Notes: generated from the letters alone by a model not told the origin. A DNA stretch of 64,000 bases from Minisyncoccota bacterium (GCA_040905715.1 JBBDRA010000003.1:395095-459094); one strand, 5' to 3'; shown: positions 27,899 to 35,359, numbered from the stretch's first letter. Program-made: numbers and translations.

Positions 27899-29023
27899 CT
27901 ATTCTTCCCGCTCTTGGGGTCTGTCCAGCTGCATCCCCTCAACTCCACTTGCCACACCGGTGATCTTAGTCACATCCTTATCTATTTTTACCAACTCTTT
28001 ATCAGCAGCATTATAATGGTTTACGGTTGTTGAGAGTGACTTACCGATCTTTTTAAAATACTCATCATACCGATTAATATGACGTGAAAGTTCACCAACA
28101 TTCTTCTGTATTTGCTCGGCATTCTTTTCTATTTTAAAAGCATTAAAGCCATAGAGCACGGACTGTAAATACGCATAGAACGTAGTCGGTGAGACAATGA
28201 TCACTTTTTTGTCGTTCATTGCATAATCAACGAGGTTGCGAGCATTAACATCCAGCCCGCCGACTCTATTGACCAAAAGATCGTAATAAATCCCCTCCGC
28301 CGGTATGAACATGAACGCAAACGGCAGTGTTCCCTCCTTGGGCTTTATATACTTTGCAGTCTCATCTATACGTTTCTTGAGATCGTCCTTGAACTGTTTA
28401 ATGAACTGGTCCCGGCGCATTTCATCTTTCTCATTCGATAACTGACTGTAGCTTTCAAGCGAAAATTTAGCGTCCACTGGAATAATACCGTCACGTGCGT
28501 GAATGACAGCGTCGACCGCGGTGCCGTCGTCAAATCGATACTGAAGCTCATATACATCCGGGGGCAATATATTAGAAAGAATAAGGTCAAGACTGGCCTC
28601 CCCAAAATTTCCCCGCTCCTTCTGGCTTTTGAGCGTTCGCTGCAGATCTTGCAACTGCTCCGCAACCGTGAATATCTGATTTGAGCGCTCTTTCATCTCC
28701 ACCTGACCTTTTGAAACTTCGCTCAACTGCTTATTTACCTGTTCATTGATCTGCTGTATGAGTCGCTGTGAGTCATGGAACTGATTACGCACCGTATCAC
28801 TCATCTGCTTCGAGGTCTCGCCGATCTTGCTGTCGACCACCTTAGAAAGCTCATTCATCTGCTGAAGCACCAGCTCTAGCCCTTCCCCTTTTGGCGCCTG
28901 CTGCTTAAGCTGACGAAGTATGAGCCAACCGACGAACCCCACGGCTGCCATAATAGCGACACCAACAAATACAATCAATGTAGTCTCTGACATAGTGTGG
29001 TAAAGTATATCATGTATAGACAT
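27899..29023 (-). CDS. rmuC: DNA recombination protein RmuC
   Basis: N-terminal TM, long coiled coil, C-terminal RmuC nuclease-like region (FAFMFIPAEGIYYDL...VIIVSPTTFYAYLQ). Confidence 0.75.
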   Translation of the reverse strand: MSIHDILYHTMSETTLIVFVGVAIMAAVGFVGWLILRQLKQQAPKGEGLELVLQQMNELSKVVDSKIGETSKQMSDTVRNQFHDSQRLIQQINEQVNKQLSEVSKGQVEMKERSNQIFTVAEQLQDLQRTLKSQKERGNFGEASLDLILSNILPPDVYELQYRFDDGTAVDAVIHARDGIIPVDAKFSLESYSQLSNEKDEMRRDQFIKQFKDDLKKRIDETAKYIKPKEGTLPFAFMFIPAEGIYYDLLVNRVGGLDVNARNLVDYAMNDKKVIIVSPTTFYAYLQSVLYGFNAFKIEKNAEQIQKNVGELSRHINRYDEYFKKIGKSLSTTVNHYNAADKELVKIDKDVTKITGVASGVEGMQLDRPQEREE

Positions 29024-29043
29024 TTCATCTAATCACCACCTAT

Positions 29044-29502
29044 ATGTCACTTCAGCAACAAATAAAAGACGACCTCAAAGCATCAATGCGCGAGAAAAAC
29101 GCAGTAAAAGTAAGCGTACTCCGCAATATAACCAGCGAGATAACCAACCAACTTCTTAAGGAAGGTCAGACCCCACAAGGAGCACTCGCCGACGAAAGCG
29201 TTCAGAACGTCATTGAGCGTCTGGCTAAACAGCGTCGCGAATCAGTTCAACAATATGAGCAGAACGATCGACCAGAGGCAGCCCTACAGGAAAAGCAAGA
29301 ACTAGAGGTACTTGAAGCCTATCTTCCCGAAAAAATGAGCGAAGATGAGGTACGTGTCATTGTTATAGAAAAGATCAAAGAGACTGGCGCAAGCTCTCCT
29401 TCAGATATAGGTAAAGTAATGGGTCCGATAATGCAAGCCCTAAAAGGTAAAGCCGACGGTGAAACAGTAAAGAAAGTGGTAACAGAGGAACTGTCAGCCT
29501 AG
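29044..29502 (+). CDS. GatB/YqeY-domain protein
   Basis: IKDDLKASMREKNAVKVSVLRNITSEI...AYLPEKMSEDEV...IGKVMGPIMQALKGKADG shows the YqeY family pattern. Confidence 0.75.
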   Translation: MSLQQQIKDDLKASMREKNAVKVSVLRNITSEITNQLLKEGQTPQGALADESVQNVIERLAKQRRESVQQYEQNDRPEAALQEKQELEVLEAYLPEKMSEDEVRVIVIEKIKETGASSPSDIGKVMGPIMQALKGKADGETVKKVVTEELSA

Positions 29503-29595
29503 ATTGACAGTCTTTTATAATAGTCGTAGTATTATAACGGGGTACACATCGTAGTGTACAGCACATGACAGTGACAATTTCTGAAGGGGCTCACC

Positions 29596-29778
29596 ATGAG
29601 CGAACGAAACGATGACCAAGCTCCGCGCCCGGAAGAGGATGGCAAAGGTCTCCTGGAGGCGCTTGAAAACTCCACTCAAGGACTGTCCGATGATTGGCTC
29701 TTTCCAGGCGCCACCGGAAGAAAACGCTCGTCTCCCCTTACTCCCAATGACGAACTCGACAGACAATCTGCGGGTTAA
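29596..29778 (+). CDS. Orphan acidic small ORF (60 aa) in a GC-rich islet
   Basis: RBS-like GAAGGGG 6 nt upstream; no recognisable domain; overlaps an alternative +1-frame ORF (29612-29902), so coding status is uncertain. Confidence 0.2.
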   Translation: MSERNDDQAPRPEEDGKGLLEALENSTQGLSDDWLFPGATGRKRSSPLTPNDELDRQSAG

Positions 29779-29799
29779 ACATTTGTACGGAGATCTGAC

Positions 29800-30036
29800 A
29801 TGTACCACGGCAGACAGGAAACTGCTTCGCTCGACCGATTTGATATCGCGCGCGAGGTGGTACGGAATCGAAACGCACGACGGAGAGACGACAGGCCACT
29901 GATAGAGCTAGGTACCCACATTAGAGAAGTGCTTCGAATGCACTCTCTTGATGCGGGTGACGTAGCTCTTATCCGGTCCGTCCGTCGGGCGGTTCTAGAT
30001 CAAGAAGAAGATCGTTCCGGTTTGTTCCCCGGATAA
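29800..30036 (+). CDS. Orphan Arg-rich small ORF (78 aa) in a GC-rich islet
   Basis: ACGGAG 7 nt before ATG; followed at ~30040-30100 by two GC hairpins and a T-run (terminator); no recognised domain. Confidence 0.2.
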   Translation: MYHGRQETASLDRFDIAREVVRNRNARRRDDRPLIELGTHIREVLRMHSLDAGDVALIRSVRRAVLDQEEDRSGLFPG

Positions 30037-30542
30037 ACAAACCGATACGGTTTATCCGCCCAATCCCCCGCATAGGCGACGCCTATCCGCGGGGTTTTTT
30101 CTATTTTATTTTCAGGGATAATTATCCCACTATCCTCAAACCACACGCCGGTATCAGGTATCGAAGGTAATCCATGTATTGATCTATCTATACCAAGATC
30201 TCTGGTTAACTTACCTGGACCGTTAAAACCTTCTACACCACGAATAAGCACCGCGGAGGGATACCCCCTCTCCCCCGTCACTATATTGAGCATATGGTAC
30301 ATTCCATACACGAGATACACATAAAACACACCGCCCTCCCTATACATTACTTCTGTACGAGCAGTTCTGCCCTTTGAGGCATGGCACGCAAGATCATTTT
30401 GCCCGTCATACGCCTCCACCTCGGTTATACAATACCGTTCAACACCATCCTCCCTTGCTAGCACAAGGTACTGACCTAGTAGTTCCGGAGCAACTTTCAA
30501 AACAGGGCGTTGAAACCATTCTTTCGATAGGATTGTACTCAT
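30000..30542 (-). CDS. mpg: DNA-3-methyladenine glycosylase (Mpg/AAG family)
   Basis: FQRPVLKVAPELLGQYLV...ITEVEAYDGQNDLACHASKGRTARTEVMY...YVYLVYGMYHMLNIV...AVLIRGVE is the AAG-family core. Start at the second Met; the ORF track's first Met at 30566 falls inside the plus-strand -35 box. Confidence 0.8.
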   Translation of the reverse strand: MSTILSKEWFQRPVLKVAPELLGQYLVLAREDGVERYCITEVEAYDGQNDLACHASKGRTARTEVMYREGGVFYVYLVYGMYHMLNIVTGERGYPSAVLIRGVEGFNGPGKLTRDLGIDRSIHGLPSIPDTGVWFEDSGIIIPENKIEKTPRIGVAYAGDWADKPYRFVYPGNKPERSSS

Positions 30543-30559
30543 GGAAAAACAGGTAATAA

Positions 30560-30587
30560 TTGACATTTAGTCAAAAAAGATTATAAT
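30560..30587 (+). promoter_or_regulatory. Near-consensus sigma70 promoter with no downstream ORF
   Basis: TTGACA (30560-30565), 16-nt spacer, TATAAT (30582-30587). Confidence 0.5.
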
Positions 30588-30595
30588 AGCTGATG

Positions 30596-30872
30596 GAGTC
30601 GACGAGAAAGACATGCTGGAATAGAGATTGCGTATCAGTCTCTACATCTGAAGGGATTCCAGCCCAAGGCAAATGTTCTTTGGTCATTCGTGATCCAGCA
30701 AGTTAACGGCGCAGCATACGCGTCTATAATCGCAGTGAGATATGCTTGAATCATACATGGACTTGCTCGGAAACTCGGATGCCCGAAAAGGAGCCTGTCA
30801 TGGACTTCTAAAGAAACATGACTAGCGACTACGCCCCGGATAAGACAACATCTTATCCGGGGCAATTTTTTT
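30596..30872 (+). ncRNA. Candidate ~275-nt small RNA (orphan promoter-to-terminator unit)
   Basis: Bounded by the promoter above and by the intrinsic terminator CCCCGGATAAG-acaacat-CTTATCCGGGG+T7 (30833-30872). Longest ORF inside is 10 aa. Internal stems include GCTGGAAT...ATTCCAGC. Confidence 0.3.
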
Positions 30873-30876
30873 AAAA

Positions 30877-31650
30877 TTATTCCTCCTCACCTGCTGCACT
30901 TTTTTTCTTTGTATCGTACACAAAATTAATAAGGCTGCGTATAGTTTCCGCAAACTCAGGGCTTTGAATATACACGCCCGACACAGTATCCCCTAGAATA
31001 CTCACTCTTACCTTATCTCCAAAAACCCCCACGTCACATTGAATCGGATACTTTGAAGCATCAAGCCAAACAGCTTCACTTTTTTCTTGCTTAGGTAAAA
31101 CATTCTTTTCTTTGGATGTATAAACAGCTCGAGCGGAGACGCCGCGGTCGAGGCGTATTTGCCGGTAACGATCTCTCTCTTGCTTCGTAAACTTTTCCTG
31201 CAACATATCAAATGGGAAAAGAATATGAAGCATCTTGTCCTCCGACTCTGACCGACTAAACTCATCGAGAATACTAAGGACTCCCTCGTGTCCTTCATAA
31301 TATTTCACAACAGGTCGCTCTCCTGTTCCGCGTTGCATACTTCTTAGTTGCGGAATAACATCACTTTTCAGCTCTTTTGACTGTTCGTTGAGCTCCTGTT
31401 TCCGACGCTCCACGTATGTCTCAAGCCGCTCCGGTGACTCTGCTTGAAACTGTGTCCGCTTCCCTACCGTCGTCTCACTTACTAGCCCCTTCTCTGCCAG
31501 CGACTCTATGATCACATAGACAGTCGGACGCTTAATATCTGTCGTACGGGACAACTCTGTCGCCGACGCAGAATCAACTTGCAATAAAGCCAAATACACT
31601 TTGGCTTCTTTTTCGCTCATTCCCAGATTTTGGAGGTTTTTTTCCAACAT
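30877..31650 (-). CDS. TrmB-family transcriptional regulator (paralogue 1)
   Basis: N-terminal wHTH LGMSEKEAKVYLALLQVDSASATELSRTTDIKRPTVYVIIESLAEKGLV plus a C-terminal TrmB effector-like domain. Confidence 0.7.
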   Translation of the reverse strand: MLEKNLQNLGMSEKEAKVYLALLQVDSASATELSRTTDIKRPTVYVIIESLAEKGLVSETTVGKRTQFQAESPERLETYVERRKQELNEQSKELKSDVIPQLRSMQRGTGERPVVKYYEGHEGVLSILDEFSRSESEDKMLHILFPFDMLQEKFTKQERDRYRQIRLDRGVSARAVYTSKEKNVLPKQEKSEAVWLDASKYPIQCDVGVFGDKVRVSILGDTVSGVYIQSPEFAETIRSLINFVYDTKKKSAAGEEE

Positions 31651-32043
31651 ATTTCCTAAAAATAGCGTCTATTTCATGTGTTTACTATACCATAGTTATG
31701 CTACTTTTTACAAGAATTGTTGTATGACAAAAATTGCATTTAGTGACAATTTGTGATAATATAAAAAATGGAGGTTCGATGAAAGACAGGGCAAAAACAC
31801 GGGGTTTTTGCCTAGGTGTGGAGGACTGTCCATTGTGTTGATGGAACAAAAGTAGTTTCCTCTACATGCTGCCTTTCATTGTAGGTTCTTTCATGGGTAT
31901 TAGCCCAGCGCTCAGCTGATCTGGGACACCGCCCGAGAAAGGAGCGAAAGAGGCATGGATGTATAACATCCCCGAACAAGGCCCGGCGAATCTAATTCGC
32001 CGGGCCATTTATTTGTTTCTACCTTGTACTCTGACTTTTATAC

Positions 32044-32826
32044 TTATGCGTTTTCCTCACTTTCTTTTTTACTTTTCTTATATTCAAATGCCAAATTAAA
32101 AAGTGTGCCGAGCGTTTCTGCTATGTCTTTACTATGTATAACTATGCCGGTTATATCACCGCCGAGCGTATTAATACGAACTCGATCTTTATAAATACCA
32201 ATATCGCAACTAATTGGATACTCCTGACCTTCAATACGATATTGATTTACCATTTTATCTGATGGCAACTCCGCACCACTGTATACATACAGAGCTTTTG
32301 AACTCGCACCATTTTTTAATCGTAAATGTCTAAAGTCGTCTAGTTCGTGCTCGGAGAAACGACTTTCAACCAGATCTTTATCATAAACGGTATAGGCAGG
32401 TCCTTCAGTTTTTTCACCACCTTGATACTCCTCTTGTATTGCACTTAGAGCACCTTTCTTTCCGGTATAATACTTCACAACAGGCTTCTCCCCTTCACTC
32501 AACTCAATACTCTTAAGCTTAGGGATTAAATCATGAGTTAGTGATTCCTCATGATTTTTTAAACTTCGGATTCGCTGAGAGAGATATACCTCCAATCGCT
32601 CCGGTGACTCCGCCTGATAATGCGTTCGTTTTCCGACTGTTGTTTCACTTACTACCCCTTTCTCTGCAAGTCCTTCAATTGTTGAATAAACAGTCGGGCG
32701 CTTAATTCCGGTTGCTCGAGCTATTTCAGTGGCAGAAGCGTTATTAACTTTTAACAACATTACATAAACTGTCGCTTCTTTTGCTGTAAATCCTATTTTT
32801 TTTAGATAGTCTTCCATAAAAATCAA
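32044..32826 (-). CDS. TrmB-family transcriptional regulator (paralogue 2)
   Basis: IGFTAKEATVYVMLLKVNNASATEIARATGIKRPTVYSTIEGLAEKGVV; clearly related to the upstream paralogue (PERLE.Y, PVVKYY, C-terminal blocks). Confidence 0.7.
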   Translation of the reverse strand: MIFMEDYLKKIGFTAKEATVYVMLLKVNNASATEIARATGIKRPTVYSTIEGLAEKGVVSETTVGKRTHYQAESPERLEVYLSQRIRSLKNHEESLTHDLIPKLKSIELSEGEKPVVKYYTGKKGALSAIQEEYQGGEKTEGPAYTVYDKDLVESRFSEHELDDFRHLRLKNGASSKALYVYSGAELPSDKMVNQYRIEGQEYPISCDIGIYKDRVRINTLGGDITGIVIHSKDIAETLGTLFNLAFEYKKSKKESEENA

Positions 32827-32984
32827 AACTCCCGCGTTTATGTTATTGGTAATTCCTACTTACCTAGTTATGACACTTAAAAACCAAAAGTGTTACAAAA
32901 AAGTACATTATATTTTTCATAGTGTCCGATAGAATAATCAGAAAAGCGCTTTGACAAACAGTAGTCAGTCGCAAAAAATGAATT

Positions 32985-33012
32985 TTGACAATTCAAATAA
33001 ATTGAGTATAAT
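32985..33012 (+). promoter_or_regulatory. Consensus sigma70 promoter for the lipoprotein gene
   Basis: TTGACA (32985-32990), 16-nt spacer, TATAAT (33007-33012), about 48 nt before the ATG at 33061. Confidence 0.55.
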
Positions 33013-33060
33013 TTCTAAATCGTGTTCTTTTGTTTTGAAACCACCAGTGAAGGTTAACGC

Positions 33061-33393
33061 ATGTTGAAGATATCAGTACTTACCGTTTCGATTTTAGCCC
33101 TAATCACTCTTGGCACAGGAGGATGTGCCAGCGTCACAGACGTGCAAAGCGTCCAAGGTAACCGTTGGATGCATGAGTTGGAAGGTGAACTTCTGGCAAA
33201 GCGCTACATGAGCGATTACGACCAAACGTTCGCTTACATCAGACGGCAGGTCGACGATCAGGACATCGTTGAGGCATGGACAGCAAATCCATACGACATG
33301 GAGGGGCCGTACAAGGTGGCGCAGATGCTGTACAGCCAGTACGACATCGAGAAAATGGACATCCTGGTGAACATGAACCTGAGTAACAAGTGA
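33061..33393 (+). CDS. Small lipoprotein, unknown function, atypical composition
   Basis: Signal peptide plus lipobox ITLGTGGC; GC about 52% with CTG/GTG/CAG-rich codons, unlike neighbours; own promoter and terminator. Confidence 0.5.
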   Translation: MLKISVLTVSILALITLGTGGCASVTDVQSVQGNRWMHELEGELLAKRYMSDYDQTFAYIRRQVDDQDIVEAWTANPYDMEGPYKVAQMLYSQYDIEKMDILVNMNLSNK

Positions 33394-33418
33394 AGCAGAG
33401 ACCGGCGATCTCTGTCCG

Positions 33419-33450
33419 GCACGCATAGCAATATGCGTGCTGATTTTTTT
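33419..33450 (+). terminator. Intrinsic terminator
   Basis: GCACGCATAGCAATATGCGTGCTGATTTTTTT. Confidence 0.6.
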
Positions 33451-33613
33451 ACATAAAGATCTACCTTATCGGTAAGCTAAAAATTTTATGAGCCTATAAG
33501 AATCGGTGGAGCTCACAACAAAAGCCGGAACGCATTCGCGTATCCGGCTGGCTGATTTGTGATGATGTACTAGCCTTTGCTCGAACCCATTTCGAGGAAA
33601 GACTAGTACATCA

Positions 33614-33744
33614 TCACAAAAAGAAACTTCCTCGGCGCAAAGCGCCAACTCGCGCCTACGGCGCGGAATGTGGGGAGCCAAAATACCACGTCGCTTCGCG
33701 ACGAATTGGGACGGGACGGGCGCGCCGAAGCGCGCGGATTTGTC
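33614..33744. repeat. 131-bp inverted repeat, left copy (IR-L)
   Basis: Exact reverse complement of 35160-35290, verified block by block; about 62% GC; made of four short GC hairpins. Confidence 0.9.
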
Positions 33745-33770
33745 TTTGTTTCGTATCTAAAAACTTTTAT

Positions 33771-35348
33771 ATGATCAAACCAAAATATTTTCTATACGCT
33801 CGCAAGAGCACTGAAGATGATGATAAGCAGGTGATGTCTATCGAGGCACAGTTGTTTGAGCTTCGTGAATTTGCGCGTAAAGAAAATCTTGAAATCCTAA
33901 CGGAGTTTCAAGAGTCGAAAAGCGCAAAGACTCCTGGACGTGAGCAGTTTGCGGAAATGATGACGCGCATTGAAGCGGGAGAAGCACAGGGTATTCTCTC
34001 GTGGCACCCAGACCGTTTAGCCAGAAATAGTATCGATGGAGGGCGCGTCATTTATGCTGTCGATACTTCCAAGATATCGTCTTTGCGCTTTCCGACATTT
34101 TGGTTTGAACCCACCCCGCAAGGGCTCTTTATGTTGCAAGTGGCGTTCGGACAATCGAAATATTATTCAGACAATCTGACGCAGAATGTGAAGCGCGGGA
34201 TGCGCCAAAAAGTTCGGCGAGGCGAGTGGCTCACCAAAGCTCCCTTTGGCTATGTGAACAATCCACGTACGAGAAATATCGAACCGCATCCAGTTCATAG
34301 CAAGATCATTGTGAAAGCGTTTGAGGAATACGCCAAAGGTGAGCATGGATTGGTTTCGCTCGCCGACTTTTTGGCGCTGCATGGAGTAACTACCCAGAAA
34401 GGAACGCCACTTGGCAAAGCTTCCATCAAACGAATGCTGACGAACCGAGCATATCTTGGATTTGTCCGTCATCATGGCGAATGGTTTGACGGAAGCTTTG
34501 CGCCAATTATTTCCCCGAAATTGTTTGAAGCCGTACAAAAAGTATTGTCGGCAAGAGAACGTCCTCGCAAGCGGAAAGTGAAGCATGACTTTCCCTTTGT
34601 TGGTATTTTTGAGTGCGGTGAGTGTGGGAGCATGTTCACGGCACAGTGGGCTACGGGCAAGTGCGGAGGAAAGTATCGGTATTATCGTTGTACCAAAAAG
34701 AAAGGGTCATGCTCCCAAGGATATGTGCGTGAGGACGTTCTCGCCGACCAAGTAAAGGAACAGCTTCAAACAATTTCGATTTGCGATGCATACACTGATT
34801 ATATGCTCGACAAAGTCGAGGAAATGGAGAAAACAGAAAATACTGCATCGCAAAGCGGTGTCCAAAATCTTTCCGATAGAATCAAAGCCAGTGAGGCACG
34901 CATGGATAAGCTAGTCGGTGCATATCTTGATGGCGACATTCCGCGAGACATCTACACCAAGAAAAAAGACGAGATCATGCGTGCCACCCTTGCTTTGAAA
35001 GAGGAAAAGAAAGATTTTGCACACCAAGGAAATAATTGGGTCGAACCCCTGCGGGAGTGGATTTTAGATACGAAACAAGCCACCTTTTTATCCTCATCCG
35101 ACAATTTCCCTGAAATTGCCTCCTTCGTCAAAAAAGTTGGAACGAACCCCTTGGTTCGTGACAAATCCGCGCGCTTCGGCGCGCCCGTCCCGTCCCAATT
35201 CGTCGCGAAGCGACGTGGTATTTTGGCTCCCCACATTCCGCGCCGTAGGCGCGAGTTGGCGCTTTGCGCCGAGGAAGTTTCTTTTTGTGACCCTACGGGG
35301 AATCGAACCCCGGTTTCATCCGTGAGAGGGATGTGTCCTAGCCGCTAG
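33771..35348 (+). CDS. Large serine recombinase (resolvase/invertase N-domain + recombinase domain + zinc ribbon)
   Basis: YARKSTEDDDKQVMSIEAQ carries the catalytic Ser; GILSWHPDRLARN; recombinase domain; C4 ribbon CGECGSMF...CTKKKGSC; coiled-coil tail. The last ~43 codons are encoded by IR-R. Confidence 0.85.
   Translation: MIKPKYFLYARKSTEDDDKQVMSIEAQLFELREFARKENLEILTEFQESKSAKTPGREQFAEMMTRIEAGEAQGILSWHPDRLARNSIDGGRVIYAVDTSKISSLRFPTFWFEPTPQGLFMLQVAFGQSKYYSDNLTQNVKRGMRQKVRRGEWLTKAPFGYVNNPRTRNIEPHPVHSKIIVKAFEEYAKGEHGLVSLADFLALHGVTTQKGTPLGKASIKRMLTNRAYLGFVRHHGEWFDGSFAPIISPKLFEAVQKVLSARERPRKRKVKHDFPFVGIFECGECGSMFTAQWATGKCGGKYRYYRCTKKKGSCSQGYVREDVLADQVKEQLQTISICDAYTDYMLDKVEEMEKTENTASQSGVQNLSDRIKASEARMDKLVGAYLDGDIPRDIYTKKKDEIMRATLALKEEKKDFAHQGNNWVEPLREWILDTKQATFLSSSDNFPEIASFVKKVGTNPLVRDKSARFGAPVPSQFVAKRRGILAPHIPRRRRELALCAEEVSFCDPTGNRTPVSSVRGMCPSR
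35160..35290. repeat. 131-bp inverted repeat, right copy (IR-R)
   Basis: See IR-L; its terminal TGA (35288-35290) is also the discriminator plus last two acceptor nucleotides of tRNA-Glu. Confidence 0.9.
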
Positions 35349-35359
35349 ACGATAGGGTC
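35288..35359 (-). tRNA. tRNA-Glu (anticodon CTC)
   Basis: Reverse complement GACCCTA-TC-GTCT-AGCGGCTA-GGAC-A-CATCC-CTCTCAC-GGATG-AAAC-CGGGG-TTCGATT-CCCCG-TAGGGTC-A: a 72-nt cloverleaf with Glu-type architecture; CCA not encoded. Confidence 0.85.

Larger units (their letters stand above)
33614..35290. mobile_element. IR-bounded single-gene serine-recombinase cassette (candidate minimal mobile element or invertible module)
   Basis: 131-bp perfect terminal inverted repeats enclose only the large serine recombinase gene; the right end shares 3 nt with the tRNA-Glu 3' terminus. Confidence 0.45.

Noticed and set aside
29510-30100. RNase P RNA or SRP RNA in the GC-rich islet (also considered for 3540-3900)
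   Set aside because: None of the universal blocks were found on either strand: GGAAAGTCCGG / AGGGTGAAA...GGTAAGAGCGCACC / ACAGAACCCGGCTTA for RNase P; GGAAGGAAGCAGCC-type domain IV for SRP.
30596-30872. tmRNA
   Set aside because: The 5' GGAGTCGACG resembles the tmRNA 5' end, but there is no tRNA-like T-arm or acceptor 3' end, no tag-peptide reading frame ending in ..AA-stop, and the length (~275 nt) is short.
31789-31851. 20-aa Cys-containing peptide ORF (MKDRAKTRGFCLGVEDCPLC) with a GGAGG RBS between the TrmB paralogues
   Set aside because: The ORF coincides with the hairpin GGCAAAAAC-ACGGGG-TTTTTGCC. It is too short and unsupported to call, and is most likely a regulatory-structure artefact.
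33466-33681. 71-aa minus-strand ORF (MAPHIPRRRRELALCAEEVSFCD...)
   Set aside because: It is the mirror translation of IR-L. The identical peptide appears at the C-terminus of the recombinase because the DNA is an inverted repeat; it is not an independent gene.
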